DNA of 63,978 nt, the filler included, from Xylographa opegraphella (taxonomy: Eukaryota): NCBI GenBank assembly GCA_022813865.1. It is 3 parts of 3 records of this genome, joined end to end, with 100 filler letters (N's around TTAATTAATTAA, not from the genome) between each part and the next. Parts side by side here need not be neighbours in the genome. Positions count along the whole stretch, not along the records: positions 1 to 24,676 come from JALDZX010000127.1; 2 more parts are not named here. The stretch is one strand, 5' to 3'. The position numbers were made by a program, and so were the translations under genes. The number at the start of each line of letters is the position of its first letter. Positions within the stretch are counted from its first letter, which is position 1. This document shows positions 1 to 13,303 of the stretch, in pieces. The notes under the pieces are model-generated. The model searched no databases, was not told the DNA's origin, and saw only the letters and a list, made by a program, of their open reading frames with translations.

Positions 1-54
1 TACCCATATATTCTGCTAGAATGACCACTGCGCTTCAGTACCCATCGTACCTTT

Positions 55-295
55 CAACAAATATCGTATTACGCGTATTGCGTAAACTTTATTTTTATAT
101 ATTTTTTACGTTCGCAACGTAATATTTTAAATATTTTATATGTGAAATATTTTATATTTAAATCGTATTATTATAATCTGGGCTATAATTTTATCGATTT
201 ATATCATAATTATAATATTAATTATAACGTTGCGAGTATTATTTACGTTTGCAGCGTATCTTGTAATCGCGTTGTGAAGTAACTATTAATGTTCT
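55..295. mobile_element. AT-rich RIP-like degenerate repeat relic
   Basis: Abruptly AT-rich, many remaining C/G lie in CpG; no ORF; short inverted 9-mer tcgcaacgt (112-120) / acgttgcga (227-235). Confidence 0.5.
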
Positions 296-414
296 TGCTT
301 ACATAATGTGGCTGTGCTGGACTGTCAAGTTTGGCAGTTTACATCCCTATTCACCCCCCTGGACTCTAGTCGTGCCTGTCAAAATTTGTGCACGAACAGT
401 TCCCCATTGTAACC

Positions 415-1428
415 ATGGCTTTAGCGCAAATACTCCAACGACGAGTCAAAGCGACAAAGGCCGAGAGGGAAGACGAGGAACTGTCGGTCGAGTCTGAGGA
501 TGTGGAACCCGAGGAGAGTAGAAGCCGCAGTAATGAGGACAAAGGTGATATAGGAGAGCTTGGTGAGAGCAGTGTCAGTGATAATGATGCGCAAGACGAT
601 AGAGACTCCTCGGAAGAGGACGAAGACCATACAGAAGTGAGCTATTTCGGTCAGTTGTATTCTAAAATATTTAACAGCCCATCAATCTAGTCCTCCTCGG
701 CCTCGCCTTCACCTGAGCAATCCCTGACAAATATCTCATTCGGCGCCCTTGCCTCCGCTCAGGCATCTCTCCGCGTGAAACGAAAACGGGTATCTCCTTC
801 GGACGGGCCCAACAAGCGACGCTCACCTTCACCATTCCCCGAAGCTCAGGAACGCCTCGCTGGGAAAAAGGATCACCGCGTCCACTCCCGTACCTCCAAG
901 CATGCACCTACAGAACTCTCGTCCAAAAAAGCCGTCTCCCGCAAGCGGTCAATTGTCGCCGCTCCAACAATCGCTCACCGAGATCCACGGTTTGAGGCTC
1001 TCTCTGGTATCCTCGACACCACGAAAATGGAGAAAAATTACTCTTTCCTCAACGACTACCGAGCGTCCGAGATTTCCGCTCTCAAAGCAAGTATCCGCAG
1101 CACGAAAGACGAGATAGCAAAAGACGCCCTGAAGAGACAACTGCTGTCTATGGAGTCGAGAGAAAAAGCGAGGGCGGTCAAGGAGGTGCAGCAGGAGGTT
1201 CTGCGAGAGCATCGGCGGATGGAGAAGGAGGCTGTGGAGAAGGGAAAGAAGCCTTTTTATCTAAAGAAAGGAGAGCAGAAGAAGCGGGCATTAGTCAAGA
1301 AATTCGAGGGAATGGGGGAGAAGAAATTGGAGAGAGTGATCGAGAAGAGGAGGAAGAAAAAGGCAGGGAAGGAGCGGAAGAATATGCCAGATGGCAGGAG
1401 AGGCGTAAATTCAATGATTGCTGTATAA
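415..1428 (+). CDS. RRP36: rRNA biogenesis protein Rrp36 (DUF947)
   Basis: Exons 415-636 and 691-1428 (GT-AG intron 637-690, frame preserved); acidic N-terminus, ISFGALASAQ, KHAPTELSSKKAV, RDPRF, NYSFL, GKKPFYLKK motifs. Confidence 0.92.
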
Positions 1429-1989
1429 GAGCGTTCTATATTCCGGTGGGAACAATAGAGGCTTGGAGGCCTAGTCAAATAGGTATTATTCATGTTGAGA
1501 AGCAAGCAAAGAATGTAAATAAGCATTGGTGCTTGCCAACTGTGATCGTGAAAAGATTTTCGCCAGTCTTCAGAATCTCATTCTGACAGCAATTGCGAAG
1601 CCTAACCTGACATCATTGGCACGTGGAATTCAAACATACGACTCGGGAAAATAGAGCAGCTGCGGAGCCCTGCAAGAGGCTAGAAATCCTAATATTGATA
1701 GTTAATGATATGTTTCACACGTCTATGAATTACAACTCTATCGAGGCAAGCTCAGATCTAGTAATTTGCATCCAGGCCACCCGCTGTTGGCGTCTCTTTC
1801 ATGCAAGCACGCAAGATCCATGTGTGAGATATAGATACATCCTGAGGCCAAGGGGGATATGTCCGTGGGTATGGATACTCGTTGAGTTATTCGCTAGAAT
1901 AGTATGCAGGTCTCGTAAACAAAACCAAGGCTAAAGCAGCCCAGCACATTTCATGGTTAGGTAATAGATCTATCGGGTGGCGAGTTCAG

Positions 1990-3952
1990 CTAAACCGTGA
2001 CTGTGTCGACCGCAGAAACATCTCGGAGTGGAGATGGTCTATAGCCATTCGGCACCTGCTTACTGCCGTTCACAGAAGGATCCATACCCGGGTTTAACGG
2101 GGATGTTGTCCCTGTTGGCGCTTTGAGGAAGCCATTAGCCTTTGATCTGTGGTCTGGCTTCATATCGGTGCTGCTATCGGAAGACCCGTGCTTTTTATGA
2201 TACCTCAAAGATACCACAAGGCTGTGTTTGTCAATTGAAGCGCCTTCGAGCTCATCTCCACTGGGTCCTGAATCGCTCATATCAACATCTTCGTCATCTT
2301 CATCGTCGGCAATGTTTTCCTCGACCTCGTCATCATCTCCTCCGTCCCACTCTCCACCACTTGAGGTCGCATCGCTCTCATCTCCAATCTCGTCCAAAGC
2401 ATTGTAGCCATCAATATGCTTGCGTTGCCGACTGCTTGGTTGTTGTTGCGCTACCCCTCTGGTACGATTACGTGTCGTTGATTCTTCGTCGCCTTCGTGA
2501 ATACCATTCCCACCCTCCACTGAAGCTGTTTGATCAAGATTATGACTACCGCTCAACATGGTTTCTCCATATGTACCACCGAGACGTGACTTGACTTGCC
2601 GACCGCTGGCGGTGAAGGTCAATCCAGAGGGTTCCGCAGGTGTTGATACACCAGACTGACGATTAGAACGCCGCGAAAATAATGCATCTGAACCACCCTC
2701 ATCATCATCAGAATAGGTGTATTTCATGCGCTTACCACGAGTACGGCCCTCATATAATGAGAACCCAGGATCTGCACGTGTAAATTGGGCCTTCCGTGTG
2801 TTGCGATAGTCTCGACGTTTGCGCTTCTGATATTATGTTAGTTGATAAAATGGCAGAGAGCTCCGACTGACCTCTTCTGAAGCCTCGAATCGAGGAATAG
2901 CAAGTGTGATACGATCTTGAAGTCTACGAGCGGCTTGAGTTCCTTCTTCCCCTAGTTTCTCGGCGACGGTCTTGAGTTCGTCAATAGATCCAGCAACACT
3001 CCGCCAGGTATTGTGTTTCAGTGCAGGATTGCTCTCGCGGTATAATCTGAAATGTGTATCATCCTGGCCCTCTATAAGCCAGTACCTCCTCTTATCGCCA
3101 TCACGACCCCAAGCTTGCACGGACAGTGGTTGGTTGAGATCGTCTTCATGCCGTTGTTGCTTGTAGGACTCCTTCAGTATCGATTGGATCGCATCAGAAC
3201 AGTTGAGAGACCAAAGGATCAAGCTCTTCAGGAGAGTAAGCTTGAACGTTGTTAGTGCAGCAATTGTTGACCGTGGAGCAGGATATTCATACTCGCTGTT
3301 CGGGACTCATGTTGGTGAAGTTATTGCCGCGACTTAAAGGATTCTTTCTGAACCACGCGGCAGGCCACTGGTTGTAGTGTGTTGAGATTGCTTCTTCCAA
3401 AGCTCGTTGAAAGTGCCCTCTTCTGTGACCAGCAAAGAAAGGTTAGATATATTTGCGAGTACCTCATCGGGCACGCTTGCACAAGGAATGTGGATTAACT
3501 CACTCGACCTCCTTCTTCCGATTCAGAACCAAGCCTATAAGAGCGCAGAGCAATCTTTCGACATGCTCATCCGGGACAGAATCGCAGATACCTCTTTCAA
3601 TATCTTGCGGCCCATAATGTGGTAGAGATTTTGGGAATGCGCCAGTGAAACGCGAACGGAACATGACGATGAACTACACGTGCGAGGCATCAGCTACGCG
3701 CTGCGGCTTTCGTTGGCAATGGCAAGGACATCGTAGACTAACAGCAATATCCGGATTGTCTGCCAGTACGTACTCGTGCGGAGGAGATACTGGCCGTTTC
3801 CTCTTGGGAGGCGGCAAAGCTGTCGTAGTATTGTATGCCCCATTTTTGAAGTACTCATCCAAAGTACCTAATTGAGTAGGATTGGCAACAAACTGATCAT
3901 CGGAATCTATAGAGGGTGCTGAAGACAACGGCGATATGTCCGACTCGGACAT
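1990..3952 (-). CDS. WHIM1-domain chromatin-associated protein (multi-exon)
   Basis: ORF segments KRPVSPPHEYVLADNPDIA, WGRDGDKRRYWLIEGQDDTHFRLYRESNP, YEGRTRGKRMKYTYSD, FTASGRQVKSR separated by GT-AG introns; exon edges approximate. Confidence 0.7.
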
Positions 3953-5347
3953 TATTGAAGTTCTTTTGACGTTATGGTCGCTTATGCGAGGTTGAACATA
4001 GATGGGAGGTTGTGGCAGCTCAAATTACAGAACGAAGCTACGGTAGGATAAGCGCGATAGGAGCTACGCTACTTGCCTGTCCCTCGAGCTTCTGATCGTA
4101 TCACACTGCGTTCATGTTTCCATGTGATGGTCATGTTTGTGTAAAACTTCAAGTTTGAAGATCATAGGACTGTCTCCAAGCTAGCGCTAACTGCGAACCT
4201 CACGACCTTACTTTGCTTGTCTGCCACTCGATAGTAGATAATTTGATTTCGTGGTAGATACCCGGAGATTGTTATTGTCAAGCATTTGCCTCACTTGGTC
4301 AGAATGCTGAAACCAAACCAGGACGGAGGAGTTTGAAGACCCATTATCAATGTAGGCAGACCATAATGGTCATTGTCACTGTGCTGATAGTCATCGTTAA
4401 TGCTATCATCGTGGTGCGCGGACAAGCTTCTTGTCATGTTTGGTTATTAGTTTTGCGACCGTAGTTCCTCGGTTGATTTCGCGGTAGAGAAGGTCCGACT
4501 GGGCACATCTGAGAGATCGGCGACGTGGCCTGCTATCGTCTGTGTCATTTATGAATATCCAATTCGATTCAGAAAGTTGCAATAGATTGAATGGCTAGAA
4601 TACATCGGGGCGGGTAATACAACAGCTTGGCTGAGGTGAGTTTTGTTCAAGCTTCTAGCAAAAACAAAGTGGGTGCACGAGAGCGTTATCACCCAATCGC
4701 TGTCTCATCGATACATCGTGCAAACCCTTACAGTTCCCAGGATCTGTACAGGAATTTACGACAGTGAAAAACAAGCAAGTCAAACGTCAAAACTGTGAGC
4801 CAAATTGGTCTGCTATCCCTCGCCAAAATTGCAAATCAATCAGTGTTGAAAATAATGTAAATCATATGTCACAGTAACTCTTAGACATATCAGGTGGCTG
4901 TAAACGATCCGTTTTGAATTGGGGTGAGATTGCAATATCCAACCTGTAAGACCTGTAACTGCAGTTGAGTGGTTGTGTATCCCAAAGTAGTACTATCCAC
5001 TCCACCAAGCGCAGGTTAGCAAGTCTGTGTATAAAGCCCAAGAAGCTGCAATAACGAAACAGCGATGGACATGATCTGTACATGGTTGCTTGCACGAGGA
5101 TACGTGGGTCGAGGTTGGATGTTTTAAAGGGGATGAAAGCGATAGCGTCGACTAGAGCAAGAGCGGCTAGCTCGTGGCTAACGCTAAGCGAATCTCCGGA
5201 AGCCCTGTTCTCCCACAAACCGCGATTCAAGGTAGACGCCATCGAAGAAAACTAAATCGCAAGGCAAGAAGCACTCCGGTAAGTGCTCCTCATGTTGACC
5301 ATAGTTGCATCGCATATCGCTAAGATTGTTCATCTCGTCAGATCAAG

Positions 5348-6291
5348 ATGGGTCGAGTGATTCGCAATCAGAGGAAGGGTCGAGGCTCTATCTTCAGTAT
5401 GTCAATTCACGAATGATTACCGTATGAAATTTTCCGTGCAGGACACTGACAATCAATTCAGCGGCTCATACTCGTCTCAACAAAGCCCCTGCTCAGTTCC
5501 GGACATTGGACTACGCCGAGAGGCATGGATATATCCGAGGGGTGGTGAAGGAAATTATCCACGACCCTGGTAGAGGAGCACCCTTGGCTAGAGTTGTATT
5601 TCGCGATCCATATCGCTTCAAGCTCCACACAGAGACATTCATTGCCAATGAGGGAATGTATACAGGGCAGTTTATCTACGCAGGCAAGAACGCAAATCTG
5701 ACCGTTGGAAACGTGCTACCCTTGGGAATGGTTCCGGAAGGTACAGTTGTTACCAACGTTGAGGAGAAGTCCGGAGATCGAGGTGCTCTTGGGCGGACGT
5801 CAGGAAACTATGTCACAGTCATCGGCCACAACCCAGACGAGGGCAAGACCAGGGTGAAGCTACCGAGCGGCGCGAAGAAGGTTATCAAGAGCACTGCACG
5901 GGGCATGATTGGGATTGTCGCTGGAGGCGGACGAACAGACAAGCCTCTCTTGAGTACGCGGAATACCCAGCGTACCTGCCATGATATGAGTGCTAACTAT
6001 GCGTTCAGAGGCATCTCGTGCCAAGCATAAGTTCGCGGTCAAACGAAACTCGTGGCCGAAGACTCGTGGTGTTGCCATGAACCCTGTTGACCATGTAAGA
6101 ATCTCATGCAGACTATCGATGCATCTAGGAGACCGCGCTAATCATTTTCCCAGCCCCACGGAGGAGGTAATCATCAACATATTGGAAAGGCTTCAACTAT
6201 CTCCAGGTATGCTGCACAAGGTCAAAAAGCCGGTCTAATCGCTGCTCGGAGAACCGGTCTACTACGTGGTACCCAAAAGACGAAGGATTAG
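5348..6291 (+). CDS. RPL2: 60S ribosomal protein L2 (uL2)
   Basis: Exons 5348-5396, 5462-5953, 6009-6094, 6154-6291: [16 protein letters not shown]...[11 protein letters not shown]...[23 protein letters not shown]...GTQKTKD*. Probable 5'UTR intron ~5279-5341. Confidence 0.98.
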
Positions 6292-7192
6292 GCGTGGTAG
6301 GCTGCTTGTGGCTCTTCATTTATTCGGCTTCGACTCTCCACGAAACGTCTGGTTGCGATGCCAGCGGCTGTAGCTACCGCCAGTTCTCCTTCTAGCAGAT
6401 AGAACGGACTGAAACAACCGCAGGCCTGCATAACAACCCAATTCTATAATTGTGATAGTTGATCCCAGACCAAGAATTTGCACTGAACCTTAACAGTCGT
6501 CCATCTTCTTATGTGATGCTATATAGTAGTCGATTGCGGGATATGTAACGCGGACGATGCCCGTTATTCGGTTCAGATTTAGATGTATGATTGGGGGCAT
6601 TCCTGTTGTTGGGCGCGTGTCTGAGGCTGGTTTGGCATGGTTTCATGCAGGGACAAGCCAGGGGCTTCCATTCGCTCATGTAGGATGACGAAACCGCCTT
6701 GTAATAGAATTTCATCCATTTCTCCCCCCTTCGCATGCCCACAGAGGCACATCGTTGGCCTCAGAGACTGACAATATCCTATGGCGCGAGTCAGATGTAC
6801 GAAGTAGAGGAAGGATGCCCAGCCCGGAACTCACAAGCCGCCAATTGATATCCTAGGTAGCTATCCTAACTTAGGCCCAACGCTCTTGCTCGCTACGAGA
6901 TAAGTGCCCGTCTGCCACTACGTATTTACCCCAGATAATCCCCCAGTCTTCCTGGATAACAAAGAGCCAACTTTTTCCCCCAGTCTTACAATCGTGATTC
7001 ACTCGACGTTTTGGCTTGCGTATCCGTCACTCGTTTTCGTTATCCCAGGCATATTCTAGCTGGTCGTCTGCTATTCTATCATTCACCTCATCCATCACTA
7101 CATCGGCTCATCGCAGCCAACTCAGTCCTTGTTATACTCGTATAGGGCAGGACCACTTTCGAAGTATTACAACGACACATTGAGTAACCATC

Positions 7193-8747
7193 ATGAACGT
7201 CAACAAGAAGCTGGATCGCTTCAAGCAATGGGCGGGAGAGAAGATGGGCGGGGAGGTCAAGACGAACGTCTCGGATGACTTCAAGGCTCTCGAGGTTGAA
7301 ATGGCGCTACGACACGAAGGTATCTCGATACAGTCAACTCACAAAATGCCGAAACCGAAATAACTAAACTCGAGCAGGAATGGAACGACTTCAGAGGTCT
7401 ATGACAACGTATATAAAGACGCTTTCAAAGCGGAACGAGGGCGAAGATAAAGAGAAGATGTTGCCGATAGCGTATCTGGGCTCAACGATGGTAAGCCATG
7501 GAGAGGACTTTGAAAACGACTCCGAGTTTGGTCAATGCCTCATATGTATGTATCTGTGTCCCAGCTTCTCGAGACCTGGGCTTACCAGCACACAGCAATG
7601 GGTCGGACCAATGAGCGTATTGCGCGAGTTCAAGAAACTTATACGGCAAACGCAACTACGAGCTGGCTCGAGTCTCTAGAGAGATCACTCGCTCAGATGA
7701 AGGAATACCAGGTATGGTTTTGCGTCAAGGGGCATTATGAGTGCGGCTAATAGACTCAAAAAGGCAGCACGGAAGAAATTGGAAAATCGTCGCCTGGCAT
7801 ATGACGCTTCTCTTGCAAAGATGCAGAAAGCTAAGAAGGAGGATTTCCGTGTAGAAGAAGAATTGCGGTCACAAAAGGCCAAATATGAAGAGTCCAGTGA
7901 AGATGTGTACCGGCGGATGCAAGATATCAAAGAGGCTGAGGTTGACAGCGTTGCCGACCTCACTGCCTTCCTTGATGCTGAGCTTGGTTATTACGATCGG
8001 TGTCGCGAGCTGCTTGTTCAAATCAAGAGAGAGTGGCCTGCAAGGCATGTGCTACCTACTTCTATCATCATTCTGCGCTAACAGTTAAACAGACAAAGCG
8101 ATCCGGTCGATCGAGAGAACCGAAGACTTACTAGATCTCGATCCAATACTGCTCATTCATACGTAGAGCGGTACACAACTGTAGAGGAAGAACCAGAGCC
8201 AGAGATGCTACCACCTGAACGCCCATCCATTCGCTCTAACCGTGCTGTCTCGTCAAACTATGTCCCGGAGTCTCCAAAGAGGGCAGCTCAGGTATATGAA
8301 TATAGTCCAGGACGACCGGGGATGAACAGATCAACGACCTTCGAGGGTCCGACTTCACTTCAACGAGACTCGTCTCCAGTATCCGCACAGAGAATGGCCC
8401 GAGTACCGAGCGACAGCCTGACGATGCGTTCTCAGCGGGCGCAGTTGCGGCCTTTGAGTCGCGCCATGACAGGGAATGAGATTTACGACGACCCGTCGGA
8501 CACGTCGACGTTCTATAGCAACAGTACCAGCAGTCCGGACAGATACTTTGAGGAACGAGCCACGTCTCCGGCCACATCGCATGGAAGTGGCCCTTCACGT
8601 ACTGTCAGCTCATCGACCTTGAGCACACTGAATCCTAATGCGAAGAAAGCTCCCCCACCTCCTCCACCGTCGCGAGCCAAAAAGCCTCCACCTCCACCTC
8701 CGATGAAGAGAAGTGCTTTGAGCACATTCGATGTGCCATATGCATAG
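7193..8747 (+). CDS. BAR-domain (endophilin-like) protein with Pro-rich C-terminus
   Basis: MNVNKKLDRFKQWAGEKMG, HGEDFENDSEFGQCL, RKKLENRRLAYDA, KAKYEESSEDV, tail PPPPPPSRAKKPPPPPP; several short introns. Confidence 0.88.
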
Positions 8748-9993
8748 ACTTTTGACTGGAGGTTGAGCAGGATTTGCAATGACCGGGAAAAGGTTCCTTG
8801 GGTCTTATGAACAACCATCATGGCGCCCACTGCATCCGGTCTTCTTGATGCTGCGCCACAGGGATGTGGTCTCGTTCAAGACGGGGTCCGTGGCGCGAGA
8901 TGCTGAATGTAACCAATAAAAGTAGTTTGACGAATGTCGTTGACTTTTTTATTAGTATTATCAGAACCTCATTAAGCCTTGCTTGAGGACTGGCTTTATA
9001 TCACCATGTCTAACTTCAGAGCGATGTACCACCCTCGTAAATCTACGAGCAGCAGCCGTATGACAAGACTAGCCACCTTCAATGACTCCCATCCCCTCAC
9101 ATTCCACCACCCCATCCACTCACCCTTCGCTCCCAGGTTTTCCGCCCTATCAGATAAAAACTGATCTTCCTGCACCATCTCCCCCTCCCGCAAGAACCTC
9201 CAGCCCCAAACCCCTCACAAATGCCTCACTGCCCTGCATCGGATGGAGTAAACAGCGTCGTCTTTCCACCCCCGCCCCATGGAACGGCGCCACGAACCCC
9301 CACGCGTACGCCCCCTTCTCAACATACCTCCTCATTAGATACATATTGATCGGCCGGCACGCCTCCAAGTACTAACCATCCTTTCCCCGGGCCGCCAGCG
9401 CGCCGCGGAGCTCGGCGCTTGCCAAGACCTCGGAATGTACAGTAGGGCGCCGCTTCCCGCCGTAGCTCCGGGTGTTTAGCGAGGAATCATGAACCGGAGC
9501 CGAATGCGGCCCGAGTGGATGCTTTTGCAGTTTCCAGGTTCGGCTCTCGGTTACTTTCTCTGATCCATCATACCTCAAAGTAGGTAGGAAGCGGGGAGGG
9601 TCGATGATCTGGCTGCAGTGCTGGACTTCACCTTCCGCTTTGCACATACTCGTGCCCAATCTTATCGCCTTCTTTGATTGGCCGCCGGAGTGCCAGACTC
9701 TAAGCAGAGTTGAGCCGCGTTACCAACACTGGCTGACTGACCTGTTGACAGGACGAGGACTCCGATCGGTATCGGTGGCGTATTAATATTGAGGATTTTT
9801 GACGAGAGCAGCATACCGGATAACAGGTAACTCCTATCGCTGATAGGCGCTGGAGTTCCATGCGCAGTAGTTTACGCGGTCTTCAAAATTGCTGTGAATA
9901 TTCAATGGCACACAGCTAGCTTTCTCATATAGGTGGAGTGGAAAGCTATCAAAATCCAATTGTCTTTCGACCTCTTGTCGTACTATCCATTTC

Positions 9994-11894
9994 TCATCGA
10001 TCGTCATCATCGTGCGCCACAGGAACGAAAGCCGGAGTACATAGTGGCAGCAAATCGTCATCTTGGTTGAGCTCGTTTTCCCGCTCCTGGTTGGTGGGGT
10101 ATCCTCCCATATGGCGCCGCGGATCTGTGTCGTGGAGATCCTTGTTCTTCACCTTCTCACGCTCATTCAGCTCCCTTGCTCCTTCACCTTCTTCCCTTAG
10201 CTGTTCGTCTGCACTTCGTCGCTGAAGATTGCGGATCCAGTCTCTGTCGTCTCGACCGAGCTCGAGGCGAACGTATGGCGGATTGAGCTCCTGGAAGTCT
10301 TTTCGGAAGTTTTCAATGTATTCACGTGCATTCTCTTCGATTTCTAGCCGTACCGGAGCGCGCTCCTCTCTGAAGCACATTAGGATGGCCGTTGTGGGCT
10401 TGCTCACAGCTGAAAGTTCCTCGTCCACATGATCCACGGGTCCACCGTACCGGAGAAGATGTGCTACACAGTCAAGCGATTTGAGGTGGATCGCAATCCA
10501 CAAGGCTGTTGAACCCGTGGCAAAACGACCGCTTCCGAGGTGGATGTCAGCTTGTGGTCTTGAAGCAGGTATTGAACCATCTCGGACTTATTGTTGGAGG
10601 CAGCCGCATACAGTGGCTGAATACCTGAGGGAAATCGGTGTTGATTGGGATTTGCGTTGTATTTCTCGACTAGTAGCCTGACACAATCGATTGATCCGTT
10701 TTCTACGGCTTGGTCTAGCAGGTGCTGGATGTTAAGGAGTTGGCCTTCCGGCAACTTGTCAAGAGACATCTCACTATGCTCCTTCAAACCGAAGCTCCTG
10801 AGGAATTCAAACTTTTCTGGCTTGTTACATCTCATTGCATGGTAGGCGCCATATATGAACGGCTTGTGGAATATCTCGGGCACTTCAAAGGGTAGAAGCC
10901 TGCCGTCCTCATCCGTAGCATACTGGTAGCTAAGGAGTAGCTTTAGAGACTCCAAGTCTCCGAGTTCGGCTGCTATTGCAGTAGCATCGACGATGGCTTG
11001 CCTTTCTTTCTCATCAAGGAGTTCGCCCTTCGTCTTGCCGTCCTCGTCTCCCATAGGGTATGCTCCACATTCAAGAAGTAATTGGAGTGTTTCAAAGTCT
11101 GCATGCGCGGCCGACTTGATTGCAAGCGGTGTCACCCAAACGCCTGGCTCTCTGCCTGCACGATACCTTCGGTTTCTCGTCACTCTGTAGAGGGGATGCT
11201 CCAACAGCAGCTGTACGGCCTCAATGTTACGTTGAACTGCGGCTATCTCTAGCGCATCCGCGCCAGCATACTCCCCAATACTGTTCTTCAAATCCTCACT
11301 CTTTGCATCCATGTGCACCGTCGGATCTGCCCCATTTTCAAGTAAATACTTTACAGTATCCGTATTGGCACCCTGAGCGGCCGCTATCAACGGAGTCCTC
11401 CCAATTTCGTCGCGGACATTGACGTTCACATCCCTTAGTAGAATTTTCACGCAGTCAAGCCTGCCATTTTGTGCTGCGGTGTGTAGCGGCGCGACCGAAG
11501 GATCGTCTTTATCGGGAATGCTCCCCTCGTCTTCGCTCGTCGCGCCTCCCTCTTCCTCGCTCGGGCCGTTTCCAATAACCGGATGAACCTTCAGACCGGT
11601 CTCGACGAGAAAGCGTACAATAGCCTCATCCCCTCTCGAGGCTGCCTTGAATAGCATTTGACGCCTGTGTTTCTGTTTGGGATACTCTTGCAGTATTTCC
11701 TCCAGCCTTCCGACCTGCTCGGACGGATCGGAGATGGACCATACGTTGTTCTGCTGCAAAGGGTCGCGACCGAGCGCGTCGTAGTACTCGTAATCGTCCA
11801 AGTACAGAATATGAGGCGAAGGCATTACAGAGACTCGCGTGCCCGGCGGTGCTATCCACAACTCAGGCTTCAGAGGAAGCATTACCTTGATCAT
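9994..11894 (-). pseudogene. Ankyrin-repeat protein with a 1-nt frameshift near 10552 (pseudogene or sequencing error)
   Basis: Ankyrin motifs (APLHTAAQNGRLDCVKILL, GRTPLIAAAQG, QPLYAAASNN) continue in another frame after QDH as ADIHLGSGRFATGSTALWIAI; first ATG at 11894. Confidence 0.75.
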
Positions 11895-13303
11895 CTTGTA
11901 AGATTGCTTTCGATAGACGGTCCGGAATAGTCTATTGAGGAGGAACAGTACTGAGAGCGACGGGGCGGTCGAGTCATCAAGCTGAATCCAAGCAGGCACT
12001 TCAGGCTGACGTTATCCTTCGGAAGAGAACGTGTCGTAAGAGCGCACCTTCGCGATAATCATTGGCTCTTAAGCAGTTATCATGGGGCTGAATCATCCTC
12101 CGCCGCTGCCGTACCTTAGCATGGTAAGCGGCGATCTGGTGGGCAGCGGATAATCGATCATTTTGACGTATCACATAACAAATAGGGACTATGATGCGTA
12201 ACTTGAAAGCAGTATTCAACGAAGCACGGTTAGAAAAGAGGCAGTACGCATGGGCCATGGTCCTGCTTGTCTGCTTGACGCCGCTTATTCTAGCAGCGCT
12301 AATTATAGGAGTAGGGCTTAGAACCTAAGCGGACTCCGCGTAAAGCGTTCGAATACAATACCACAGCAATCTGGAGTCTCCAGGATGTCGTTCATGCACA
12401 ACGCCGCTCAGCTTCGCCGACGGCTACTCGTAGGGGCGACAGCTGATAAAAACGGAGGTACTGATGTTATCTAAGGCGCCACTTGCAATATATCTAAGGA
12501 CGGCGACCTGGAAATCCCAGCGGACCCAGGAGAAGCGAGAGGAAGAAATTGTGCGGGAAGCGTGGAAGTTCAGCTGTAAAAGCGCCACTCGAGGGGTATG
12601 AGGGAGTTGTGCTGGGTGCAGAGTAGAGGCTAAGACAATTCGCCGGACAAGAGGTGGATACCACACTACTGAGACAAGCTTTCCGGAAATCTCTCATTGG
12701 ACTTCGCAAGTCCGAGCGCTGCCAAACGCACATGCGAGTACAATGGACAAGGAGTTCGAAGCTCGAAGTCTCCAACATACGAGAGATGGGTTTCATGAAC
12801 TCTAGAGTGTGGATTGGAAGACTATCGATCTGGACATAAATGGAAGATAAAGGAGCGGAAGCGGCGAGAGTCAGTAAATATCTATAATCATCCGCATTTG
12901 ATATATCGTTGTATCTGTCTAGCTTTTGCGTATATGTTCTTTTTTCTCTGGCACAATGCTGTACAATCAGAGAAATATACATGAAAGCACAGCCTGCTCC
13001 CTGTTGAAGATATTATATATCATGATACGCTGTGCCCATTAATCCTTTTAACACTCCCGGTATTCTCCACTTAAGGGGCCACGAGGGTGAGGTACTCCGT
13101 ACGCTCCAGTGCCAGATGGGTTCTTATGGTCTACCACTGTCGACATGAGCCGGCGGGACCGTGTGGTATAAGATCACAGCTAGTTTCCATCCTATTCAAG
13201 TGCGCTTTCATGTCTAATCAGGGTTCCAATACACAATACAATCACAAGAGCCTCGCTGACATGGAACCCAGCACTACCACAAGCCCACGAAGTTCTACCC
13301 ATC

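Noticed and set aside
4835..4900. Possible C/D snoRNA on the minus strand (CTGA boxes)
   Set aside because: No clear RUGAUGA box and only partial complementarity to rRNA sequences I can recall.
12424..12982. 162-aa and 80-aa minus-strand ORFs
   Set aside because: No recognisable motifs or coding-like composition.
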